A stretch of DNA of 64,000 nt from Malacoraja senta (lineage: Eukaryota). Each line of letters opens with the position of its first letter. The first letter of the stretch is position 1. Shown here piece by piece: positions 1 to 12,157 of this stretch. The stretch is from the NCBI GenBank assembly GCA_038087875.1, contig CM075987.1, positions 26,600,001 to 26,664,000 of the forward strand, in the 5' to 3' direction. Made by a program: the position numbers and the translations under genes. The notes beneath the pieces are model-generated. The model did not search any database, was not told where the DNA came from, and worked only from the letters and a program-made list of their open reading frames with translations.

Positions 1-360
1 GTTGGAGACAGAGGAACACAGAGTGCTGGAGTAACTCAGTGGGTCAGGCAACATCTGTGGAGAACATGGACAGGTGACGTCTCGGTTTCGGGATCACTCT
101 TCAAACGCCAGACCCCGAAACGTCACCTATCCATGTTCTCCACAGATGCTGCCTGACCCGCTGAGTAACTCCAGCACTCTGTGAAACGTCACCTATCCAT
201 GTTCTCCACAGATGCCGCCTGACCCGCTGAGTTACTCCAGCACTCTGTGAAACGTCACCTATCCATGTTCTCCACAGATGCTGCCTGACCCGCTGAGTTA
301 CTCCAGCACTTTGTGTATAAACCAGTATCTGCAGTTCCTTGCTTCTACATTTGGAGGAAG
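1..360. mobile_element. Penelope-3'-end-derived non-autonomous repeat: inverted arm followed by three tandem 66-bp units
   Basis: 1-100 is the reverse complement of the unit GAAACGTCACCTATCCATGTTCTCCACAGATGCTGCCTGACCCGCTGAGTTACTCCAGCACT, which starts at 117, 183 and 249 (period 66). A closely related sequence forms the 3' terminus of the Penelope copies at 19040-19165 and 58342-58432. Confidence 0.75.
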
Positions 361-387
361 GAACTGCAGGTGCTGGTTTACACCGAA

Positions 388-798
388 TCATCATCGTTGA
401 AAACATTAGCGACGCAGTGGCGCTGGTTTCCAACGGGAACGGTGACGGACGCGCCACACATCTCCGTCCTCCAGTTCCTGTGGACTTCCACCGCTGGAAG
501 TTTAGGATTTTGGTGTGTGTGTGTGTTTTATCATCGTTCCTTACAAAGCTGTGTACGACAGCGATCGCAACTTCTACTGAAGTGAGGATGGCCGTTGGCT
601 CGCTAGGAGCTCATCCGCCCTTTGACAGGTCTTGTTTTTTGTTCCTGCTGGGGGTCCACAGCCCCCCTCCTCACCTGGCAAACCAGGTGGGGGAGACAGT
701 TTAGTCGCCGACTCTCCAACCATGGAGCAGGTAGCACGGGATTACATGGTACCCGTGGCGGGGGGGGGGGGGGGGGGGGGGGAACCCCCCCCGACCTG
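388..798 (-). mobile_element. Short non-autonomous non-LTR retroelement, probably RTE-related
   Basis: 8-bp TSD ACACCGAA (380-387 and 799-806) splits a host repeat (tgctggtttacaccgaa|gatagacacaaaatgc). The minus strand ends in a (GAT)n tail. The body is GC/CpG-rich with no ORF. Family assignment is inference from the tail. Confidence 0.6.
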
Positions 799-1423
799 AC
801 ACCGAAGATAGACACAAAATGCTTTCGTAACCCGTCTGAAGAATGTTTTCGACCAGAAACGTCACCTATTCCTTTTCTCCTGACCCTGAGATGCAGCCTG
901 ACCCACTGAGTTGTTCCCTGTGCAAATCAGTATTCACAGTGCCTTGTTTGTACACGTTTCCTTTGTCCACTCCCCCACCCCCTTTCTTCACATCACTGTC
1001 CTAACTTGGCTTCCAATTCTCGAATCCTTTCATGGCTTTCTGCTTATCTGCAAATTCTAGCAATCCGTTGAAAGGATGTAATGCAATAACTGGGGTTGCG
1101 ATAAGATCAAGCTGCCATTATGTAACCTAACCTCTTGCTTTGTGACTCAGATCACAATTAAGGGTTGATTTCCTGGCATGTGGAATAGTTTTCAATTACC
1201 GTCAACGGGAAGGATTTGTAATTCAGATTAAGAGTGTTTTACCAAGCCTAATGAGTTGTAACATCGGAGATTGTGGATTTGCAGACACTTTTCTCAAATT
1301 CAATTTAACAAAAATGTTTTTAGAAATCAGGGCAGATAAAGAGGGAAGGATGTCACAACTCAAGGATAATGGCAGAAATAAATAATAATATCAAAAGCAA
1401 CTTATAGGTAGAATCTGGGAGGA

Positions 1424-1710
1424 GGGCAGCACGGTGGTGCAGTGGTAGAGTTGCTGCCTCACAGACCCGGGTTCGATCCCGACTACGGACGCTGTCAGTA
1501 CGGAGTTTGTACGTTCTCCCTGTGTCCTGCGTGGATTTCTCCAAGATCACTGGTTTCCTTCCACACTCCAAAGACGAGCAGGTTTGTAGGTTAATTGGCT
1601 AGGTATAAATGTAAATTGTCCCTAGTGTGTGTAGGATAGTGTTAATGTGCAGGGATCGCTGGGCTGAAGGGCCAGTTTCCGCGCTGTATCTCTAACCTAA
1701 ACTAAATTAA
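1424..1710 (+). mobile_element. tRNA-derived V-SINE (HE1-like)
   Basis: A box GGTGGTGCAGTGG, B box GGTTCGATCC, V-domain GGAGTTTGTACGTTCTCCC...CCACACTCCAAAGAC, LINE-like 3' end and (CTAAA)n tail. Confidence 0.85.
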
Positions 1711-1826
1711 ACTATGAACATATTTTGCAACACATAAACTTGCCGACTTTGACATCACCGAAGGCCACAGATAAAGAGCCAGATTTCTGTTTCAGTATGT
1801 GTGTCATGCGTGTGATAATGGCCTGG

Positions 1827-2205
1827 CTTGCCTGCGCTTGATCCATATCCTTCCAAACCTGTCCTGTCCATGTACCTGTCTAACTGTTTTTTAAACGTTG
1901 GGATAGTCCCAGCCTCAAATACTTCCTCTGGCACCTTGTTCCATTCACCCACCACCCTTTGTGTGAAAAAGTTAACCCTCGGATGCCTATTAAATCTTTT
2001 CCCCTTCACTTTGAACCAATGTCTTCTGGTCCTCGATTCCCCTACTCTGGGCAAAAGGCTCTGTGTATCTACCCAATCTCTGCCTCTCATGATTTTGCAC
2101 GCCTCTATAAGATCTCCCCCTCATCCTCCTGCGCTCCATGGAATAGAGACCCATCATACTCAACCTCTACCTATAGCTCCATACCCTCGAATCCTGGCAA
2201 CATCC
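1827..2205 (-). mobile_element. CR1/HER1-type LINE 3' fragment
   Basis: Translates to CR1 ORF2 C-terminus (ESRTRRHWFKVKG...FFTQRVVGEWNKVPEEV...FKKQLDRYM). Confidence 0.85.
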
Positions 2206-2776
2206 AATGTTCTCCAGAAATGCTGCCTGACCAGCAGTGTACTTCTGCACAGACTATGGACTTGCGCTATAACGTGTAATCGACTGGAAACCAAGGAATA
2301 TTTTCAAGTTATTGACGACAAACTGAAAATTAAATGAGGCTGGGTCCATTTGGATGGGTGCCAAGATTCCATTTGGACACTTTCAACGCCTGTGTGCTCA
2401 GTTTAAAATCTGCTCCTGGGGATTAACAATGGTTTCACGCCATTATTAGCAACTAATCACAACGTGTTCCTGCAAATATCACTCAAGATTTCTCATGCTT
2501 AAACGAAAATCCAAGGAAGACTGAACGATGCTGCGGGTTTAATCTCGACAGCAACTACTCGCGTTGCAGTTTCACGTAATGTACTCCCAAAACCAATCCT
2601 CCATCTCCTTGAGAAAACTAGATGGCTTTTGGAGCTCACACACTTATTGACTGCCAAAAAAATGATTTTTTTACTAAATCTTCTCAGTTTTTAGTATCTG
2701 AACATACTCACGCCCAACTATCGCCTACAAATCTCAAATCAATTTGATTCTCACAAGGTGCAGTGACGCAACTTAA

Positions 2777-2915
2777 GGGCAGCACGGTGGTGCAGCGGTA
2801 GAGTTGCTGCCTCACAGCGCCAGAGACCCGGGTTCGATCCTGACTACGGGTGCTGTCTGTACGGAGTTTGTACGTTCTCCCCGTGACCTGCGTGGGTTTC
2901 CCCGGGCGGTCCGGT
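2777..2915 (+). mobile_element. V-SINE 5' part
   Basis: A/B boxes and start of V-domain. Confidence 0.8.
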
Positions 2916-2989
2916 TTGTTGATAACGGCCTGGCACCAAACAGGAATATTCCTCCCTGCTGCCTCACTGTTGAGACCGCTTGGTTTCAT

Positions 2990-3590
2990 TAAGGCAACTG
3001 AACCATCCTACCACAACCAGAGAGCAATGCTGAACTACTATCCCTCCAGATTCAGGGACAGTTTCATCCCGACTGTCAAAGCTGCCACAGCCAGACATAA
3101 AAACAGCTTTTTTCCACGAGTAGTAGCTCTACTCAATAACCAAAAATCTGTAGCCTCCTTTTGCTCTGGTATTTTATTTAATTCACATCTTTAATCAATA
3201 ATGTTTTATTATTAATGTTTGATGTTTTATGTGTCATTCTTAACTGTCACTGTATGTCATGTTGTCACTTCCGGGCAGAGCACCAAGGCAAATTCCTTGC
3301 ATGTGAATACTTGGCCAATAAACCTATTCATTCATCCATTCAACTGTTATCAGGCAACTGAACCATCCTACCACCACCAGAGAGATGTGCTGAACTACTA
3401 TCTGCCTCATTGGTGACCCTCGGACTATCCTTGATCGGACTTTGCTGGCTTCACCTTGCACTAAATTTTATTCCCTAATCATGTATCTATACACTGTAAA
3501 CAGCTCGATTGTAATCATGTATTGTCTTTCCGCTGACTGGTTAGCACGCAACAAAAAGCTTTTCACTGTACCTCGGTACACGTGCACAAC
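2990..3590 (+). mobile_element. Rex1/Babar-like LINE 3' end containing a second Rex-like 3' fragment (about 3071-3341)
   Basis: Host reads RFRDSF.PT(VIRQLN); insert reads VKAATARHKNSFFPRVVALLN and ends in a (ATTC)n tail. The SFFP...LLN C-terminal motif is typical of the Rex1/Babar clade. Confidence 0.6.
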
Positions 3591-3845
3591 ATGGATAGGT
3601 TATGTTTCGGGTCGAGACGCGAAGCATCCCCGTGACTCAGCAACGTTCCAGAAACACCCTCAGTGAGTTTTCACCAAACAAGCTCCAACACAACGTGAAA
3701 ATAATACCGCCCCCTTCTGGATAAACAGTTATCCATAAATCAACACCTAAATCAAATGATCAAATTATTCACACCGTCTTTGTGAGATGTGCGTATTATT
3801 TATTTTCTACCGTAGATAGACACAAAATACTGGAGTAACTCAGGA

Positions 3846-4155
3846 GGCACGGTGGCGCAGCGGTAGAGTTGCTGCCTCACAGCGCCAGAGACCCGGGTTC
3901 AATCCTGACTACAGGGGTGCTGTCTGTACGGAGTTTGTCGGTTCTTTCCGTGACCTGCGTGGGTTTTCTCAGAGATCTTCGGTTTCCTCCCACACTCCAA
4001 AGACGTAGAGGTTTGTAGGTTAATTGGCTTGGTATAATTGTAGAAATTGTCCCGAGTGTGTGTAGGATAGTGTTAGTGTGTGGGGATCACTGGTCAGTGC
4101 GGACTCAGTGGGCCCAGGGGCCTGTTGCCGCGCTGTTTCTGTAAACTAAACTAAA
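3846..4155 (+). mobile_element. V-SINE (HE1-like), full length
   Basis: A/B boxes, V-domain, GGGCCTGTT...GCTGT 3' end, (AAACT)n tail. Confidence 0.85.
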
Positions 4156-4225
4156 CAGCAGGCCCTTTGTGTCTATCTGCAATTACAATGGAGGTGGTTA
4201 CAGAACCAAACGTGTGTTCATTGTA

Positions 4226-4465
4226 GTGTTTAAGAAAGAACTGCAGATGCTGGAAAAATCTAAGGTAGACGAAAATGCTGGAGAAACTCAACGGGTGAGG
4301 CAGCATCTATGGAGCGAAGGAATAGGCGACGTATAGGTCGAGACCCTTCTTCAGGCTAATGTGGAGTTGGGGGGGGAGGGCGGGAAGAAGGAAGGAAGAG
4401 GCGGAGACAGTAGGCTGTGGGAGCGCCGGGAAGGAGGGAGAAAGCAAGGACTGCCTGAAATGAAG
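4226..4465 (-). mobile_element. Penelope-like element 3' end (pseudo-LTR tail)
   Basis: Reverse-complement match to the region downstream of the Penelope stop codon at 18950-19165, including the hammerhead-like motif. Confidence 0.7.
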
Positions 4466-4917
4466 TGTGTTGATAGTACATGATTTACACAAAGATATTT
4501 GCAAAGAGGTATTTACTGCTCAGCACGTTGGGCTGGCACACCAAGCAGTGAGTGCTCTCACATCTGTTTGGCCCCTCCTCTCCACTGTCCTCTGGATGTC
4601 AGCCACTCTCCTGTGGGAAGGCGCTGGTGTGGCTGAGCTTGGCCATTGTCCATCTGGGTGGGTGAGTGTTGAGGGTTAATAAGGCTTGTGCTGGGACCGG
4701 CTGGTCCTGGAGCTGAAACAAGTTTCACCTCCGCAAATTCCCTTTTTTTTTCCATTTGAACTCCAGCTGGTCTTTTGAACTTGACCAACGCCTATTGGTC
4801 ATGCGGAGAGTGAGTGGGTAAACGCACAGAGGCTTATACCCAGAGTAGAGGAATCAAAAACCAGAGGACCCAGCTTTACGGGGTGGGGGCGGGGAAAGAT
4901 TTCATAGTAACCGGCAT

Positions 4918-5224
4918 GGGCAGCACGGTGGCGCAGCAGTAGAGTTGCTGCCTCACAGCGCACAGAGACCCGGGTTCGATCCTGACCACGGGTGCTGTCT
5001 GTACAGAGTTTGTACGTTCTCCCCGTGGGTTTTCTCCGGGTGCTCCGGTTTCCTCCTGCACTCCAAAGGCGCACAGGTTTGTAGGCTATTTGGCTTTGGT
5101 GTAATTGTAAATTGTCCCTAGTGTGTGTGTGGGGTAGTATTAGTGTGTGGGGAGCGCTGGTTGGTGCGGACTCTGTGGGCCGAAGGGCCTGTTTCAGTGT
5201 TGTATCTCTAAACTAATCTAAACT
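4918..5224 (+). mobile_element. V-SINE (HE1-like), inserted in a CR1 3' fragment (about 4797-5562)
   Basis: A/B boxes, V-domain and tail; CR1 sequence on both sides. Confidence 0.8.
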
Positions 5225-5745
5225 GGAGGGGAAACTGTTTTACACAAAGGGTGGGTGCAGCAACCCTGAAGAACGAGGGTGGTGATGATTCAGGTCAAAA
5301 CCCTTCATCAAAACCCTTGTCAACAAAGGTTGTTAGTTTACTCAGAGGGTGGTGGGTGTATGGAACGAGCTGCCAGAGGAGGTAGTTGAGGCTGGGACTA
5401 TCGCGACGTTTTAGAAACATTTAGACAGGTACATGGATAGGACAGGTTTGGAGGAATATGGGCCAAATGTAGGCAGGTGGAGTAGTGTAGCTGGGGAGTG
5501 TTGGCCGGCCTGGGCAAGATGGGCCAAAGGGCCCGTTTCCACGCTGTATCACTCTATGACTCAATGAGTCCATGTGTAAGTAAACATTGGCAACCTGTTC
5601 CAATTGAAAAGGAGTGTCAGGAATCCAGCCTCATCCTCCCCGTGGCTAACACCCCCACACCCTCCATCCTCCTATACTTCATTCTTGGGACAGTAATGTA
5701 TATATTACAACCCCTCAGCATGTGCCTGCCATAGGTGCGTTTTCG

Positions 5746-6040
5746 TTTAGTTTAGTTTAGAGATACAGCGCGGAAACAGGCCTTTCGGCCCACCGAGTCC
5801 GCGCCGACCAGCGATCCCCACACACTCGCACTACCCTACGCACACCAGGGACAATTTACAATCTTTACCAAAGCCAAGTAACCTCCAAACCTGTACGTGC
5901 GAGAGGAAACCGGAGCACCCGGAGAAACCCCACGCAGCAGGTCACGGGAGAACGGACAAACTCCGTACAGACAGCACCCGTAGTCGGGATCGGGCCCGGG
6001 TCTCTGGCGCCGTGTGGCAGCAACTCTACCGCCGTGCCAG
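5746..6040 (-). mobile_element. V-SINE (HE1-like)
   Basis: (TTTAG)n tail followed by reverse complement of body and A/B boxes. Confidence 0.85.
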
Positions 6041-6392
6041 GGTGCCGCAAGCATCAGGAGCTCCGAGCTCCAAACTGCTGACTCGGTTCTGTACAGCAAA
6101 GAGTCTCAGCAAGAAAATGAACACACGCTGCTTACAATAATAACCAGGACCAGCTTCCTTGTCCAAATCCATTCCACGAAAACAAATCCGTAATTCCCTG
6201 AAGGAACTACTGTAACGCTCTGATAAGCTTCAACAAAATTCTTGGAACAAGAAATACAACAGATATTTTATTTAAACGTTGCCTCACAGCAATATGATCT
6301 ATTTGATCATTTACAGATAAAATTCTCTTTTAAGGTGAACGATGTGCTAGTTGAAGTAATGGAGTGAAAGGCCCGGATATCGGGGATGTGTT

Positions 6393-6750
6393 AGAGGATG
6401 TTCCCACTAGTGGGAGAGCCCAGGACCAGAGGTCACAGCGTCAGAATGAAAGGACGTTCCTTTAGGAAGGAGATGAGAAGGAATTTCTTTAGTCAGAGGG
6501 GGTGGTGAATCTGTGGAATTCATTCCCCACAGAAGGCTGTGGAGGCCAAGCCAATGGATATTTTTACCAGAAAGTTAGATAGATTCTTGATTAGTACGGG
6601 TGTCAGGGGTTATGGGGAGAAGGCAGGAGAATGGGTTTAGGAGGGAGAGATAGATCAGCCATGACTGAATGGTGGAGTAGACTGGATGGGCTGAATGGCC
6701 TAATTCTGCTCCTATCAGTTATGAACCCATGAGGTTATGACCTTATGATA
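6393..6750 (+). mobile_element. CR1-type LINE 3' fragment (TTATGA-tail subfamily)
   Basis: GGTGGTGAATCTGTGGAATTC motif (VVNLWNS), 3' UTR GGGCTGAATGGCCTAATTCTGCTCCT and TTATGA repeats. Confidence 0.8.
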
Positions 6751-7026
6751 GTGACTTCGAACTGACTGGGGCAGTGGAATTAGAGGACTGGCTAGCAATT
6801 TGCTTGACAATAACGTTATTCACTGATATTATGCTCCTTCGAATTAATTGGCTTTGGCGTGACTGTAGAATGCTCACTGTACCCAGTGATCACCAGTTAA
6901 CCTACAAACCTGCACGTCTTTGGATTGTGGGAGGAAACCAGAGTCACGCAGGTCAAAGGGGATTAACGTACAAACTCCGTACTGACAGCACCCGTAGTCA
7001 GGATCGAACCCGGGTGTCTGGTGCCG

Positions 7027-8301
7027 TGAGACAGCAGGAGAGAGAATCTCAACATTTTTTAAACACTAATATCTTTTATTTTTCATCGATGAGAAAAATC
7101 CTCGGCACCTGACGAGCGGAGGGGGACTCTGAGTAAGATGGCCAAAAATCACAGCCACACGTGGTAGCGTTTTATCTAAAATCAATATAAAGCGCAAACA
7201 GGAAGTGGTCAAGATTAGACTTTTAATTATATTTTGAAGGCAAGGCAGCTCTAATTAGGCAAGGCAGCTCTAATTAGGCAAGGCAGCTCTAATTAGGCAA
7301 GGCAGCTCTAATTAGGCCAAGGCAGCTCGCTTTAGCACTTTCAAAACCAAAGGCAACACAGCTTGCTTTAGCACTTTCAAAACCAAAGGCAAGGCAGCTT
7401 TCTTTAGCACTTTCAAAACCAAACGCAACACAGCTTGCTTTAGCACTTTCAAAACCAGAGGCAACACAGCTTTAGCACTTTCAAACCAAAACATTTTCAA
7501 AATCATCTGCACCTGATGAGCGCAGGGGGGCTCTGAGTAAGATGGCCAAAATCACAGCCGCACGTGGTAGCGTTTTTTCTAAAATCAATATAAAGCGCAA
7601 ACAGGAAGTGGTCAAGATTACACTTTTAATTATATAGAAGGCAAGGCAGCTCTAATTAGGCAAAGCAGCTCTAATTAGGCAAGGCAGCTCTAATAAGGCA
7701 AGGCAGCTCTAATTAGGCAAGGTAGCTTGCTTTAGCACTTTCAAAACCTTAGGCAAGGCAGCTTGCTTTAGCACTTTCAAAACCAAAGGCAACACAGCTT
7801 GCTTTAGCACTTTCAAAAACAAAGGCAACACAGCTTGCTTTAGCACTTTCAAAACCAAAGGCAACACAGCTTCAGCACTTTCAAACCAAAACACATTTTT
7901 GCATTTTCAAACCACATTTTTCAAACCACATTAAGGGCACTGACAGGTCAGTAAAACCACTCACAGTCTAATAGACATGTGTTCAGTGTTATTCACAGCT
8001 CAGGCATGAGAATTGCGACCTCTTGCTCCCCCATCTTGCAGAGAACTGAGGCACCTCCACACCTCCGGGTTTTATAGTCCCTCCGGAAGGGGCGTGGCCT
8101 TCAGGAGAGAGAATCTCAACATTTTTTAAACACTAATAACTCTTTTACTTTTCATCGATGGGAAAAATCCTCTTGTCCTGTGCAGTGGAGGGGGGCTCTG
8201 AGTAAGATGGCCAAATATCACAGCCGTAAGTGGCAGCGTTTTTTCTAAAAATCAATATACAGAACAGGAAGTGGTCAAGATCAGACTTTTAGTAATATAG
8301 A
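7027..8301 (-). mobile_element. Helitron-like non-autonomous array: three copies of a 5'-terminal module separated by 19-bp and 36-bp minisatellites
   Basis: The minus strand begins A|TCTATATTACTAAAAG at 8301, with a second TCTATATAATTAAAAG at 7638. The module recurs at about 7027-7232, 7510-7638 and 8104-8301. Units are AGGCAAGGCAGCTCTAATT (19 bp) and AAGGCAACACAGCTTGCTTTAGCACTTTCAAAACCA (36 bp). No 3' CTRR end was found. Confidence 0.55.
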
Positions 8302-9058
8302 TATATATATATGTATATATTTTTTTAAATCGGAATAAATTAAGTCATTCACCCTTCATTCACCCCAAAATAATTTGATTCGCCCCTGGGTGAAACATTC
8401 ACCAGTTTAAGAAGCACTGGCTTAGATAATATATATTACATTAGCAGTCGCCAAAGTCAATGAGACAGTATATCAGAAATGGATTACACTGCACGTACTG
8501 TTGCATTGTGCATTTAGCAAAAGCAATTAGAAATTAATTGCTAATCTTTCTCACTTGTCTCTGTGACAGTGGCGGAGAGAGAAGAACACAGCAGAAGCAC
8601 TTCAACCCACCACATGGATTCACGGAGTGATACAGCGTGGAAACAGGCCCTTCGGCCCAACTTGCCCACACCGGTCAACATGTCCCAGCTACACTGCCTG
8701 TGTTTGGCCCTCACACTCCAAACATAGAAACATAGAATCTAGGTGCAGGAGTAGGCCATTCGGCCCTTCAATATGATCATGGCTGATCATCCAAAATCAG
8801 TACCCCGTTCCTGCTTTCTCCTCATATACCTTGACTCCGTTAGCCCTAAGAACTATATCCAACTCTCTCTTGAAAACAACCAGTGAATTGGCCTCCACTG
8901 CCATCTGTGGCAGACAATTCCACAGATTCACAACTCTCTGGGTGAAAACATTTTTTCCTCATCTCAGTCCTAAACCCCTGGTTCTGGACTCCCCCAAACA
9001 TGGGGACCATTTTTTCCCGGGAATGTACCTGCCTAAATGTTTCTTAAACATTGCTTTA

Positions 9059-10022
<964 letters not shown>

Positions 10023-10417
10023 TTAGTAGTCCCTGCTTCAACTACCTCCTCTAAACTAAAGCCCAGCTGTAGGAGCCACTCATGCTTCGGCTAGTAATTA
10101 GCATATTGTATTATTTGTCTAGACATTTCTTACCAAATTATTTGGGGGTGGGCTTTTGATACGTAGATGAGCGTTGCAGCTCAGCCTTCCCTTTGCACGT
10201 CGTATCTCGCAGATGAATCTGAAGAGTTCACGAACGAAGAGGGATCTTCGTTTGAAAACCAAATTGCCTTCCCCTGACGGATGAGTGTATGCGGTTGGCC
10301 TCAGCTGTCCCTGAGCTGATGAGATCCTGTCCCAGTGGAGAATGCCTCTTGGGTTTGGGTAACCTACTGAGACCAGATATGCTACGAGAAAATGGAATTG
10401 GTAAAGTATTTTTTTTA

Positions 10418-10706
10418 GTGGCGCAGAGACAGAGTCGCTGCCTTGCAGTGCCGTAGACACGGGTTTGATCCTGACCGGGTTTGGTGCTGTCTGTGCGGAG
10501 TTTGTACGTTCTTCCCCGTGACCTGCGTGGGTTTTCTCCGGTTTCCTCCAACACTCCAAAGACCTGCAGGGTTGGTGTAAATGTAAGATTGTCCCTTGTG
10601 TGTGTGTCGGGTAGTGTTACTGTGCGGGGATCGCTGGTCATCACGGACTTGGTGGGCCGAAGGGCCTGTTTCCGCGCAGTTTTTCTCTAAAACTATAAAA
10701 ACTAAA
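10418..10706 (+). mobile_element. V-SINE (HE1-like), diverged
   Basis: Degenerate A/B boxes, V-domain and tail. Confidence 0.8.
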
Positions 10707-11116
10707 TTCAGCAGTCAAGCAGTGGTCAGGAGGGAAAGGACAGAGGAAATGTTCATAACATTAAATTTAAAAAAAAACATTTGGACAGGCACATGGATAG
10801 GAGACATTCAGATGGATATGGGCCAAATGTCCCTAGAGGGACGAGTGTAGATGGGGCATGATGGTCAGTGTGGGCAAGTTGTCTGATGGGCCTGTTTCCA
10901 TGCTGTGCACTCTATGACTCTCTATACAGTCTAACAAATGTTTTTTTCTGATGCATCTAGTTTTCATAACAGAAGAAGTGTTACTTCCATATACATCACC
11001 TCAAATTGCAAAGCTTGTAGTTCATTTTTAGTTTATAGTTTAGTTTAGAGATACAGCGCGGAAACAGGCCCTTCAGCCCATCGAGTCTGCGCCGACCAGC
11101 GATCCCCGCACACTGA

Positions 11117-11319
11117 AAGGCCTGTCCCACTTGGGCGTCATTTGCGCGTCACGCAGATGGCGTGCGAAGATTTTGTACTTACCAAAATCCTGGGGCGCCG
11201 CGCACGACTGCGCGTCACTACCTACGTCACTGCGCGTGATGCGCACCATGCGTGCATCGTGACGCGTAAATTATGTCGAGTAAATGACGAGCAAATGACG
11301 CCCAAGTGGGACAGGCCCT
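11117..11319. mobile_element. Short PIF/Harbinger-type MITE inserted in a V-SINE 3' end
   Basis: TIR AAGGCCTGTCCCACTTGGGCGTCATTTGC / GCAAATGACGCCCAAGTGGGACAGGCCCT; sits at the TAA of SINE consensus cacacTAAcact, with flanks TGA and TTA. Confidence 0.8.
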
Positions 11320-11880
11320 TTACACTGTCCTCCATCTAGCCTGTCCAATCCCTTAAGAATGTTGTATGTTCCTAAATGATGCACTCTCATCCTTCTAAAT
11401 TCCAGCGAATAAAAGCACAGTCGACCCCATTCTTTCATTCTTTTTATCCACTTGAACCGCTCACATTCGGAGATATTTTAGCCCAAGGGTCACCAATGTT
11501 GTTTAATTCAAGGCTCAATTTATGTTAAGTATTTTACAAAAGAGAATTTCAAACTACATTAAAAACAAATATAATGAAATATCCCAAACCCTCCTAATTA
11601 GAAGAGCAAGATATCCAATTAGCTGTCATTATCACTTTGATAATTACATGCGCAAACAGTAATGTAAGGATTAGGATTCCGACTTCTGTTAGCCGCCAGC
11701 CAGTGCTTCAGACAGTCACACAATGCTGGAGTAACTCAGTGGGACAGGCAGCATCTCTGGAGAGAAGGAATGGGTGACTTTCGGGCCGAGACCCTTCTTC
11801 AGGCCAATGCTGTGCCACGCTGTGCTGTTACTGGCTCGATGGGCCGAATGTCCTACCCCTGCACCGATTTTCTATGTTTC

Positions 11881-12157
11881 CAAGACCTCAACGGTGGAAC
11901 AGGCGGAGGACGATGGCTGACCTTAGTGCAGCATCACAACGGCTGGGAAGGCGGATGAAGGCTGCAGCAGAAAAGGGTCTCCGGTCGTCTTGGACTCCAT
12001 GCCACTGGATCCTGACCCAGATCCGTCAAGGACCGTGGGGTGGCTGTCTGTGCACCAGTCTCCCCACGTTAAACAAAGTCATGCACAGGCGTCCTCCATA
12101 TAGGGAATAGCACCCTGGAGACACACATGGTCAGCCATGACCGAAGGGGGCCTAAGA
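11881..12157 (+). mobile_element. Probable RTE-clade 5'UTR-derived interspersed repeat
   Basis: GC-rich block (CCACTGGATCCTGACCCAGATCCGTCAAGGACCGTG...CCAGTCTCCCCACGTTAAACAAAGTCA) resembling RTE 5' UTRs from recollection only; no TSD established. Confidence 0.35.

Noticed and set aside
4500..4790. GC-richer unique patch with short ORFs on both strands
   Set aside because: No recognisable protein motif or convincing splice-site pair
7238..7880. Possible CRISPR-like array (36-bp units)
   Set aside because: Units are contiguous with no unique spacers, the context is eukaryotic, and there are no cas genes
7312..7894. Amphipathic-looking LKVLKQAVLPLV repeat peptides
   Set aside because: Product of a 36-bp minisatellite; no splice or start context
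8303..8420. Possible hAT end (…TTTAAGAAGCACTG)
   Set aside because: No matching opposite TIR or TSD found
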